Origin: an uncultured Fibrobacterota bacterium
Lineage (GTDB): Bacteria > Fibrobacterota > Chitinivibrionia > Chitinivibrionales > FEN-1185
DNA length: 38,323 nucleotides
NCBI GenBank assembly: GCA_963753345.1
Contig: CAVWBU010000037.1
Location: 1-38,323, forward strand
Reading direction: 5' to 3'
Part shown: positions 30,148 to 38,323 of the stretch, one piece after another
Position numbering within the stretch: the stretch's first letter is position 1
Layout: every line of letters starts with the position of its first letter
Program-made: the position numbers and the translations under genes
The notes under the pieces: model-generated
Seen by the model: only the letters and a program-made list of their open reading frames with translations
Told to the model about the DNA's origin: nothing
The model's database searches: none

Positions 30148-31542
30148 CTATTCGACACCCAGAAATTTCAACAGCAGGCGCACGCCGAACCCCGTGGCGA
30201 ACTGCGGGACGTCGCCGCTCGCCGCCTCCTCGTTGAAGGCGGTTCCCGCGATGTCAATGTGCGCCCACGGCGTTTTCCCCACGAATTCCCCGATGAACGC
30301 GGCGCCCGTGATCGAGCTCGCGTAGCCTTTTTTGAAGCGGCTCACGTTGCTCAGGTCGGCAATGTCGCTCTTGATCGACTCCGCGTATTCCGAGTACATT
30401 GGAAACCGCCAGAGCCGCTCCCCGGATTCCTCGCCGGCGGCAAAGAGTCGCTTGGCCAGGTCGTCGTCATTGGAAAAGAGCCCGGCGACCGTGGTGCCGA
30501 GGCATGAAAGGATGCCGCCCGTGAGGGTGGCAAGGTCTATGATGCGCGACGGTCTCCGTGTTTCCTTGCAATAGGAAATCGCGTCGGCAAGCACGAGCCT
30601 GCCTTCGGCGTCGGTGCTCGCGATCTCCACCGTGGTACCGTCGTAGGCCGCGTACACGTCGCCCGGAAAGTAGGCGCGCTCGCCCACGGCGTTGTGCGCC
30701 AGCGCGCACACGCCCGCGACGTTCACCGCGGGCGAGAGCGCGCCGAGCGCCTTCATCACGCCAAGCACGGCGGCGCTGCCGGCCATGTCGCACCGCATGG
30801 TTTCTATGTGGCCCGTCGGCTTGAGGTTCTGGCCGCCCGAATCAAAGGTGATGCCTTTTCCGACGATTGCCGTGATGTCCCGGGAAGATCGGTTGCCGCG
30901 GTACTCGATGATGGCGAGCCTGGGCGGATACTCCGAGCCCTGCCCTACGGCGGCAAGCAGCCTGAGGCCCTTCTTTGCGATTTCCTTTTCGGTAAGCACC
31001 TCCACGACCATGTTTCCGGCTCTTGCGATGGCGCGCGCCTGGCCTGCGAGAAATTCCGGATGTGCCACATGCGCATTTTCGTTCACCAGGTCCCTGCTGT
31101 AATTCACGGAATCGCACACGTCAAGCACGCGGCCCGCGCCGCGAAGGGGCACGGCCTCGCCCACGACCTCCAGGGACTCGATGGAAACAGCCTTTTCCTT
31201 TTTGTACTTGGTGAACTTGTATCCGCCGAGGATCGCGCCCTCCAGGGCGGGCGTCCAGTGGTCGCGCACGTGGCGCCCGGAGCGCGGCACAACGAGCGAC
31301 AGCTCGGAGCGCTTGAGCTCGAGCGCCGCGCGGGTCCCGGCTGCGGACGCGCCGCGGATCACCGCAGCGGTCACGGCGCCGGCCTCGCCCAGGCCGCAGT
31401 ACACGACGGCCTTCTTGCCGTCGTAACGGACCGTGGTCTTGTTCTTCGCGGCCTCGAAATCCGGGACGCCGGACGCGCTCTCCTTGGTTACGAAAACGAT
31501 CTGCGTGGGAAAATGCGCGGTCTTTGCAACGGTAAGTTTCAT
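30148..31542 (-). CDS. pepA: Leucyl aminopeptidase (M17)
   Basis: VGKGITFDSGG, DMAGSA, STDAEGRLVLAD, DLATLTG, WAHIDIAGT, TGFGVRLL; start ATG 31542. Confidence 0.93.
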   Translation of the reverse strand: MKLTVAKTAHFPTQIVFVTKESASGVPDFEAAKNKTTVRYDGKKAVVYCGLGEAGAVTAAVIRGASAAGTRAALELKRSELSLVVPRSGRHVRDHWTPALEGAILGGYKFTKYKKEKAVSIESLEVVGEAVPLRGAGRVLDVCDSVNYSRDLVNENAHVAHPEFLAGQARAIARAGNMVVEVLTEKEIAKKGLRLLAAVGQGSEYPPRLAIIEYRGNRSSRDITAIVGKGITFDSGGQNLKPTGHIETMRCDMAGSAAVLGVMKALGALSPAVNVAGVCALAHNAVGERAYFPGDVYAAYDGTTVEIASTDAEGRLVLADAISYCKETRRPSRIIDLATLTGGILSCLGTTVAGLFSNDDDLAKRLFAAGEESGERLWRFPMYSEYAESIKSDIADLSNVSRFKKGYASSITGAAFIGEFVGKTPWAHIDIAGTAFNEEAASGDVPQFATGFGVRLLLKFLGVE

Positions 31543-31647
31543 TGCTCGGCTTTCTCTGAGACGTTGGATGGGACAAGTGCCAAATGATAAAATAGTTCCA
31601 GTTTTGGTTGTGTCCAAAATAGTAGTAAATATAACTGCGGTTTTGGC

Positions 31648-31699
31648 GGGGGAAGCTCAGCCTGTCTCAAAACTCAAGAGAAGATCTGGGCGCCCCGCC
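31648..31699 (+). repeat. 52-bp direct repeat, copy 1 (solo TIR-like motif plus family-1 5' end)
   Basis: gggggaagctcagcctgtctcaaaactcaagagaagatctgggcgccccgcc matches 36496-36547 at 50/52. Confidence 0.9.
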
Positions 31700-32100
31700 G
31701 AAGACGGCGGCGGGACCTGTTCCGCCCTTCCTGTTGGGCGGGGTCTTCCTTCCGGGCTCGGCACAAGGCAAGCGACACAATAATGAAGCGCGAAGCGCTC
31801 TTACCATACCTTGGGGAACGAAGTGACAATGCGCTATTGCGCACCCTTCAGTCCAACCTGGCGCATGCGCATAGGACAGCTGCTTGGTCGAACGTTCCTG
31901 ATAATCAGCATGTGATTGTTGACAAAAGCGATTGAACCCTACTACGCGATCGCCGCGAAGCGGCATACAACTGAGGTTGCGTTGCGAGCCGGAGCGCCGG
32001 AGGCGCGGAGACCACGCGCGAAGCGCGCCCGAAGGGTGCGAAGCATGAACGGGCGACGCCGCGCGAGCGCAAGTCGAGCGCACCAGGCGCGCCCCTTTGC

Positions 32101-32178
32101 TGGAGGGGGGAGCGGAGGACACCGCAGGCCAAAGGCCGAGGAGGCCGCAGCGAGGGGGAAACGCATAGCGGTGCCCCC
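32101..32178 (+). repeat. Family-2 repeat, 3' half only
   Basis: Shares CGCAGGCCAARGGCCGAGGAGGC with copy C and CCGCAGCGAGGGGGAAAC with copy B. Confidence 0.65.
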
Positions 32179-32229
32179 ACCATCACAATTTATTAATTAT
32201 TAGGGGGTGAGCGGAATTCTTGATTCCGA

Positions 32230-32259
32230 TTGACAAAATTCTCATTTTCGTGATATATT
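32230..32259 (+). promoter_or_regulatory. Candidate sigma70 promoter for the 32345 gene
   Basis: TTGACA-N18-TATATT with an extended -10 TG, in an AT-rich context ~85 nt before the ATG. Confidence 0.55.
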
Positions 32260-32344
32260 TAAAGGACACAACTATAATTATAGATAGTCAAACGTAAGGG
32301 GATGCGGCCCAATTATTGCGGCAGAGAACAAATCGGGGCTTCCG

Positions 32345-34111
32345 ATGAAGATTACACATGCTCTTTGGACGTGCGTCCTCAGCGCATTCGCTGTAATGAA
32401 CACAGGCGCAAGCGCGCAGGTCTCACCCGCGTATCCCCAGCCCGTGCTTTCTCCGGCCGCGCCAACGCAGAACGACAGCGTGGCGTTGTGGCTCATTCTG
32501 GGACAATCGACAAGCTCCTGCGTGCCCGCCTACACAAGCTCGTTCAAGATCACCCAAACCAGCAGGTTTATATGCGCGCGTGCGCCGTGCCCGCAGAACT
32601 ACTCAATCGCCGTCTCCTATTCCCAGAACCCCCAGCTGCTGCTCGGACGGCCGTGCGTGCTTACGGCCACGAATTACGGGCCTCTGTTCTCATTCGGAAA
32701 GCTTGGCGCAGGCAATTACACGGTTGTCGACAGCACCGGCGGCGGCGCGGTCACGGCGTTCACGGTAACGGCAAACGCCGTTTCGTACGCGGTGACCGGC
32801 ACCGTGCTCAAGGATCCCGGCATCCTCACCGTGGTTTCCCCGATTCCGAAAGCGACGGTGTATCTGAAAACCGCCTCGATCTCGCCCATCCTGGCCGCGC
32901 AGGCGATCGCGCTGCCGCTGTACGCCATCATCGACTCCGCAGCCTCCGACGCCTCGGGAAATTTCTCTTTTGCAAACGTTGTTCAGGGCTCGTACGACCT
33001 CGGTTTTTCCGCGGCCGGGTACCAGGCCCGCGACATTTCGATCACCGTGCCGCCGGACACGCTTGTTAGCGTCATGCTGCTTGCGGCAACCGCCCTGTGC
33101 TCCGTGGCCGGCATTGTCAAGGAATCGCAATGCCCGGCGCCCGGCCTCGGGCTGCCGTGCAGCCTGATTCCGGTGCAGGGATGCAGCGTTACGGTGAGCC
33201 TGCCCATTTTCATAATGCCGCTTGCAAAGCAATCGGCGCTCATTGCCGGCCAAATGTACACCGCCGTGACCAACGCCGCCGGCACATACGTCATCGACAG
33301 CGTTCCCGTCACGTACAACGACAGAACCGTGACCCTGCTCGCGTCGATGGCCGGCTACGCGCAGGAAACCAGCCAGGCCATGCTGTACGCCAACAGTTCC
33401 GTCACTGTCAATTTTGTGCTGCAGGGCGCTTACTCGAACCCCGAAACCACCACGGTGAGCGACGTGCAGTTCATCGCAGCCACCGAGAGGCCGCACTATA
33501 CTCTTGGCGATTCCATCAAGGTGCGCTACACGGTCAAAAACAACTCGATGGCAACGGTCGTGTACGATTTCTCCTCCGGCTGCCAGTTCGATATGGTTGC
33601 CATGGCCCCGCCCATGGACACCGTGTACTGGTACGGCCGGCTCCTTGCCTGCACCATGATGGCGACGCAGATCTCGCTTGCGGCCGGCCAATCGAAGACA
33701 ATGGACTACCCGGCATTTGCCGACAACGATACGTCGGGCAGCCTTGCGATAACCGCGAAAATGATCGGTTACGACAGGAGCGCTTCGACGGTCATTGTGC
33801 CGGTTGGAAAGACCACGGCTGCGGCGCCTCTTTCCCACAAAACCGGGGACGCAAAGAAACAGGTCATCTCCTATTCCCCGTCCACAAAGACCCTGTCGCT
33901 CAACATCGCCAGAAGCCAGTTTGTGTCGGTCTCGGCGTATGTGGTGAGCGGCAAAAAGATTTCCCAGCTTTCCACGCGCAAGTACCTCACCGCAGGCACC
34001 CACGCCATCCACCTCACCAACGCATCGCTGTCGAACGGGATCATTATTTTCAGAGTAGACGGTGAGGGATTCTCGGCGGTCAAGAGAGTCAATTTGATTG
34101 AGGGTAGATAA
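32345..34111 (+). CDS. Secreted protein with carboxypeptidase-regulatory-like beta-sandwich domains, a BsuPI-like domain and a C-terminal T9SS/FlgD-like domain
   Basis: Signal peptide; SDASGNFSF..V..GSY.L.FSA.GY and TNAAGTYVID repeats; YTVKNNS...YDFSSGCQFD...CTMMATQISLAAGQS resembles BsuPI; C-terminal VSVSAYVVSGKKI...GTHAI...GIIIFRV. Confidence 0.7.
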   Translation: MKITHALWTCVLSAFAVMNTGASAQVSPAYPQPVLSPAAPTQNDSVALWLILGQSTSSCVPAYTSSFKITQTSRFICARAPCPQNYSIAVSYSQNPQLLLGRPCVLTATNYGPLFSFGKLGAGNYTVVDSTGGGAVTAFTVTANAVSYAVTGTVLKDPGILTVVSPIPKATVYLKTASISPILAAQAIALPLYAIIDSAASDASGNFSFANVVQGSYDLGFSAAGYQARDISITVPPDTLVSVMLLAATALCSVAGIVKESQCPAPGLGLPCSLIPVQGCSVTVSLPIFIMPLAKQSALIAGQMYTAVTNAAGTYVIDSVPVTYNDRTVTLLASMAGYAQETSQAMLYANSSVTVNFVLQGAYSNPETTTVSDVQFIAATERPHYTLGDSIKVRYTVKNNSMATVVYDFSSGCQFDMVAMAPPMDTVYWYGRLLACTMMATQISLAAGQSKTMDYPAFADNDTSGSLAITAKMIGYDRSASTVIVPVGKTTAAAPLSHKTGDAKKQVISYSPSTKTLSLNIARSQFVSVSAYVVSGKKISQLSTRKYLTAGTHAIHLTNASLSNGIIIFRVDGEGFSAVKRVNLIEGR

Positions 34112-34139
34112 AGGAATAGTAATTGCTGTTGGTGGGAGA

Positions 34140-34299
34140 TGGGCGTTCCCCTCGCCTTCGTCAGGACTCGGCGCTCGGGTCGGCCGTCCATACGGTCTCG
34201 GCCTCCGGCCTCGGGCTGCCTGCCACGATGGCGCTCCGGGCCGTGGCCAGGCAGCACCGCGCTCCAGCGCGGCCTCCAGTCCTTGCGAACGCAGCGGCA
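34140..34299 (+). repeat. Family-1 structured repeat, copy 5
   Basis: TGGGCGTTCCC...GGTCTCGGCCTCCGGCCTCGGG...GCACCGCGCTCCAGCGCGGCCTCCAGTCC...AACGCAGCGGCA. Confidence 0.8.
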
Positions 34300-34379
34300 A
34301 CCGAATTCTGTTAAGTCAGTGATTCATCCGCGCCAATCGGCATCTGCAATGAATCAGTCAAGACTTTCTCTTTGAGATC

Positions 34380-34403
34380 TTCAACTCTTCAACTTATCAA
34401 CTC
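34380..34403. repeat. 8-mer tandem repeat (TCAACT core) x3
   Basis: ttcaactc ttcaactt atcaactc; same motif as at 7080 and 36964. Confidence 0.55.
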
Positions 34404-34567
34404 TTCCTTTGCACCCAGGGACAGCGGTTGGTCCGGGAAGAATCATTAGACAAATGCCCAATTCCTATCTACCTAGCCATGGCGACCGGCAGCGTCCACA
34501 ATTACCATATGCTTGACTCATTAAAGCTTCTCTGGAAGTATTTCGTGTGTATTCCAGGTGGCGCGAA

Positions 34568-34705
34568 GGCGTTATTTCTTGACAGAGTGGCCTGATGCCG
34601 AAGGCCGACGACCTTAGAAGCACCCGAAGGGGCGGACCGGAAGCGATTGCCGGCCGACCCCAGGCGGAGCCGCATGTCGTGCGACTCTGCCTGGGGGAAC
34701 GCCCA
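34568..34705 (-). repeat. Family-1 structured repeat, copy 6 (divergent)
   Basis: Reverse complement TGGGCGTTCCCCCAGGC-hairpin-GCCTGGGGTCGGCCGGCAAT...TAACGCC, just downstream of the GH64 stop. Confidence 0.65.
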
Positions 34706-34731
34706 TCTCTTTTGTAAAGATTTATTTAACT

Positions 34732-36273
34732 CTAGTACCCTACTGCTATCTCCAACCATTGTGCGTTGCCGCTCGCGATGTACGACGACCAATTGTTATA
34801 ATCGTCGTACGGGAAGGTGTATTGCAGGTGGAAAAAAGCACGTCGATGAATGAAATACCCATAGAAAGTACAAGGAGCTTTCTTGTAGTGATAATTCCAG
34901 TTATTCTGCTGGGCAGCGGTAAGATCCAGGACATGCCGGTATAAACCTGAGGATATCGCTCGGATCATTGATGCCGACACACGCTCCTACACCAGTCACG
35001 CCGCATTGCAGCCGCATATGCATCCCAGTAATGGGCCTGCGACCCGCCTGTCGAGAAATCCGGCGTCATACAAGGATTGGTAATCTTCCATGGTTTCGCT
35101 ATGTTCGCGCAGACATCCCACTCCTTGGGAACCTCGTTCATGAATTCGTCGAAGATCGACTGGCGCGTCTGGAAGAACATGGGGTAGATCTCACCCCGGA
35201 CAAGGTCTTTGGAGCCGTCCGTGCAGTGCAGGCGCATCGCCAAAGGCGTTCCAAACCAATCCACACGCGTCAGATTGCCGAGGTAGCTGGTGGCCCCGGT
35301 GTTGTGCTCTTCGAAGTCCCAGACCTGGTTAGCGGGCCGGAATGGCGATGACTTTGCCGCATTGTAGCCAACCATGATGTACAATCTTCCCGCATTGGTG
35401 GAGGGAGTGATGAGCGATTGACGTTGTCATGCAAACCGGTGTCCCGCCATCTCCGTTTGCCCAATAGATCAGACTGTCGGGAACCGCACCATTGGTTTTA
35501 TTGATGAGCTTGAAGACGAAGTGTCCTGCCGCTTTCGCAGCCGCCGATAATGCGGCCGTATCGCCCCAGAATGCTGCCGTGTCCCCGTCCCATGTATTAG
35601 TTTTTGTCAACACAAAATCGTACTGGCCCGTGGTCACGTCTATCGGCGTTACGCCGAGGGAATAGCCGGGCTCGGTCGCGTGAATCGTGTCCACGACCGC
35701 GGCAAGCTTTTTCAAACTTGCATGGAATTCCGGAGCGTTTTGGGCGGCAACTGCCGCGCCGCGCGAATACGGCTGCAGCTTGAAAACCGTGGAAACGCCG
35801 TCAATGGAAACGCGTACCACATAGAACTGCGAAGAAACGTCGCGCGTGTCGATGGTTACCGAATAGCTTCCATTCGCCTTTCGGGCGTTAACAAGATCTT
35901 TTACCAAACGTCCTGTTACATCGAACATGCTTATTCTCACCCATGCATTGTCCTGAGGCACGGAGAATACCAATTCCCTGCCCACCAAAATCGGATGCGA
36001 AAACACGTTTCCCAGCGGGCGTGAGCTTTCCTGGATCACATTTGTCTGGCAAGTTCCCGAACCAAGATGGTAATAGCCGGTTGAATCGGTGGTGGTATAA
36101 TACGGATCATTGCCCACGGCATCGATTAAGCTTTGTCACACTCAGCCTCACCAACGTATTGGTTAATGGTTTACCACTCTGGTCCCTGACAAAGCCGCAG
36201 ATGTTCACCGTGGTCTGGGAAAAAACCGTTCCCGCAATTACCGCCAGCAGCAGAAGACTGATTCGTGGTCTAT
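34732..36273 (-). pseudogene. Secreted GH64 beta-1,3-glucanase-like protein with an internal T9SS/FlgD-like domain; >=4 frameshifts and a defective start
   Basis: Fragments in successive frames: RPRISLLLLAVIAGTVFSQ (signal); VRISMFDVTGRLV...YVVRV (35329..36117); WDFEEH...GNLTRVDWFG.PLAMRL (34965..35384); YRHVL...Y..APC.FY...IH...YTFPYDD...SSYI...IAVGY* (34732..34980). These match GH64 motifs. Confidence 0.75.
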
Positions 36274-36495
36274 TTCACTCCCCCTTTTTTTGGTGTAGGA
36301 ACCACGTGATTCTTGAACCTGTTAATATTCTTTTCCGCCAGAACATTGTCGTGCGCTTTAAGCGATCAAATGAAGGTTGGACATGTCAATGCCCGACATG
36401 ATGCATCATGAGGAATTTACAATAAATTTTGATGAGAAGTGCAATAAAAAATAAGGATTCTATTTTAATTAAATTCATACATAGAAACTATCTCT

Positions 36496-36547
36496 GGGGG
36501 AAGTCCAGCCTGTCTCAAAACTCAAGAGAAGATCTGGGCGCCCCGCC
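36496..36547 (+). repeat. 52-bp direct repeat, copy 2
   Basis: 50/52 identical to 31648-31699. Confidence 0.9.
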
Positions 36548-36567
36548 AGGTTAAGAATGTTTTTCAT

Positions 36568-36717
36568 GGGGGGAAGGCTCCCCCTCGCTCCGGCCCGGCG
36601 CTCAAATTTTCAAAGTGCGGCTTATTCCGCGCCGGTCCTGCGCTGCCCCCTCCTGGGTAGCCCCCTAGAAAGTTGAGCGGCAAGAAAGAAACAGTGGCTG
36701 CGGGGGCACCGTGAGAA
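36568..36717 (-). repeat. Family-2 structured repeat, copy D
   Basis: Reverse complement CGGTGCCCCC...TTTCTTGC...CTAGGGGGCTACCCAGGAGGGGG...CGAGGGGGAGCCTTCCCCCC. Confidence 0.8.
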
Positions 36718-36747
36718 ATGTAGATTGCAGAATGAAGAAAAACTTGA

Positions 36748-36777
36748 TGTCATTGCGAGGAGGGAAACGACGAAGCA
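36748..36777 (+). repeat. Half copy of a GTCATTGCGAG-type palindromic repeat
   Basis: tgtcattgcgaggagggaaacgacgaagca resembles the widespread GTCATTGCGAGGAGCGAAGCGACGAAGCAATC repeat; no partner end seen. Confidence 0.45.
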
Positions 36778-37009
36778 CCATGACTACCACTGCATACAAC
36801 CCTACAGGAGTAGCCGCGTCCGCGAATCTCCGGTTGAATCAAGGGCAATCATGGGACACGAGCCTTCAGGGTATTTGCGCGCAAACAGTTATTATCATCA
36901 GTCAACCTGTCTTCGCGGCAATCGGAATACTCAATGAATGATCCGGGGGCTTTTCTGCGACTTCTCAACTCCTCAACTGCTCAACTTTGCATGGTCTGGT
37001 GGCCCCTTA

Positions 37010-37150
37010 GCAGGTTGTTGAAAAACTCAATGTTCACCCTTCGACAAGCTCAGGGCGAACGGAAAAGTGCTGAAATTTGCACAGAATGACCGTTCGTGGT
37101 GAGCCTGTCGAACCATGAACGGCATATGAACGACTTTTTCAACACCCTGC
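37010..37150. mobile_element. 141-bp MITE/REPIN-like element with TA target duplication
   Basis: Ends gcaggttgttgaaaaa / tttttcaacaccctgc; TA at 37008-37009 and 37151-37152; REP-like inverted core. Confidence 0.85.
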
Positions 37151-37322
37151 TAGAGAGAGTAGTTGCATGAATCAAGCGGTAGTGGTGGGGGGGGCACCCG
37201 CGCAAAAGTTGGACCCCATTGCATGCGCATTTTTTTGTTATATTATATGCAGCCGCAGTCGTTACGATTGTTCACCGGCATCGAGGAAATTTTCTTAACC
37301 TTAAATTACCGAGGGGGGTTCA

Positions 37323-38285
37323 ATGCTGCACAGATGTTTTCTTGTTATAACGGCGTTGGGTCTTGTAGCGTTCCTTATGGCCGCAATGCCCGCAGGTTAT
37401 CTGGGTACGGTGTTTACCGGCGATACCTTGCTGGGCCATCCACAGCATCTTCCCGGCGACATTCACATGGGGTACTTCGACGAAGGGGCCGACGGCGTGG
37501 CGTTTCACTACATGTTCGGGTACCAGGGCGACTGCAGCATACGGACAGGCCATACGGGCACGACCGTGCCCATGCAGTCGTTCCAGGCATGGAGGGACTT
37601 TCTTTCCGGACCGACGGGCGGCATCAACGATACGGACGTAAAGCACGCCAATGTTTGCTATCTCGGCTGGACGGAAAACAAGAACGGAGACTGGGAATGG
37701 ATGAATTATACCGTGCATGTGGACAGCGCGGGCACCTACAGCCTCCAGATCCATGAATCGGATGCAAAATATCCCAATCTCATCAGGGTGACATTCAGCG
37801 GCGTCGCCACCGACTCCGTGGTGAACATGGCGCTCAGCATAAATTCGCCTGGGGATCTTGAGATATATCATGACTGGAAGTGGGACGATACTCCCAATAA
37901 GATCGTGCTCGACACCGGCATGTACGTCCTCAATGTAAACCTCGACGTAGGCAACTGGAACCTCGCCGTCATGAGGTTCAAGCTCGTCACACCGGCCCAA
38001 GGCGTGGTGATGCCCAGGGTGATAAGCCCGAACACCGCGCAACTGTCGGCACGCCTTGTCGGAAACGACCTGGCTGTCTGCTATGATTTAGAAGAGCCGG
38101 GGCGCACCACAATCTCGGTCTTCGACTGCGCCGGCAGAATGGTTTTCCCCGCCCTTGAAGGGAGTGCATCAAGCGGCAGTCATACGCAGACCATACATTT
38201 GAACAGGTGCGGTCAGGGCGTGCATTTCGTACGGATCGAGCAGAACGGGATTTCGAGAGTGAAATCCTTCTTCGTTACCCGCTGA
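37323..38285 (+). CDS. Secreted CBM6/CBM35-like carbohydrate-binding protein with C-terminal T9SS-like domain
   Basis: Signal peptide; YFDEGADGVAFH, YLGWTE...EWMNYTVHVDSAGTYSL, GNWNL; tail TISVFDCAGRMV...GQGVHFVRI. Confidence 0.75.
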   Translation: MLHRCFLVITALGLVAFLMAAMPAGYLGTVFTGDTLLGHPQHLPGDIHMGYFDEGADGVAFHYMFGYQGDCSIRTGHTGTTVPMQSFQAWRDFLSGPTGGINDTDVKHANVCYLGWTENKNGDWEWMNYTVHVDSAGTYSLQIHESDAKYPNLIRVTFSGVATDSVVNMALSINSPGDLEIYHDWKWDDTPNKIVLDTGMYVLNVNLDVGNWNLAVMRFKLVTPAQGVVMPRVISPNTAQLSARLVGNDLAVCYDLEEPGRTTISVFDCAGRMVFPALEGSASSGSHTQTIHLNRCGQGVHFVRIEQNGISRVKSFFVTR

Positions 38286-38323
38286 CCCGGAATTGAAGCG
38301 TTTTCAGAGTCGAGGAGTTTCAT

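Noticed and set aside
32690-34300. 536-aa minus-strand ORF
   Set aside because: Antisense to the signal-peptide-bearing 32345 gene, starts inside a repeat, and has Arg/Gly/His-rich shadow composition.
34740-34815. Hairpin GTACGACGA...TCGTCGTAC considered as an attC site or terminator
   Set aside because: It lies within the GH64 C-terminal coding segment (YDDYNNWSSY).

Overview
GC-rich bacterial chromosomal window. Several secreted proteins carry T9SS/FlgD-like C-terminal or internal domains and 'LAKxxA'-type linkers, which suggests a Fibrobacterota (Chitinivibrionia-like) organism; this is inference only. Gene content is mostly housekeeping: a helicase-associated-domain gene-dnaE-plsC operon; tonB; an ssb...yceD-rpmF-plsX-fabH-fabD-fabG-acpP-fabF-rnc-acyl-CoA dehydrogenase cluster; panB; glyA preceded by a ZMP/ZTP (pfl) riboswitch; a gluzincin peptidase; an Lrp/AsnC-domain protein; a HAD phosphatase; a flippase-like protein; a multi-GAF protein; and pepA. 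Three secreted proteins lie at the right end: a BsuPI-like protein, a broken GH64 glucanase and a CBM6-like protein. Many genes, including dnaE and plsX, carry single-base frameshifts, most likely from an unpolished long-read consensus. The most unusual signal is non-coding. Nearly every large intergenic gap is filled with members of several dispersed, structure-conserving repeat families: family 1 (TGGGCGYY...TAACGC, Flavo-1-like, 6 near-complete copies), family 2 (GGTGCCCCC...GGGGGAAACTTCCCCC, with compensatory base changes), which together form a ~385-bp family1+family2 composite twice, and a REP-cored MITE, one copy of which has inserted into a family-2 copy with a TA duplication. No transposase, integrase, tRNA, rRNA or CRISPR array was seen.
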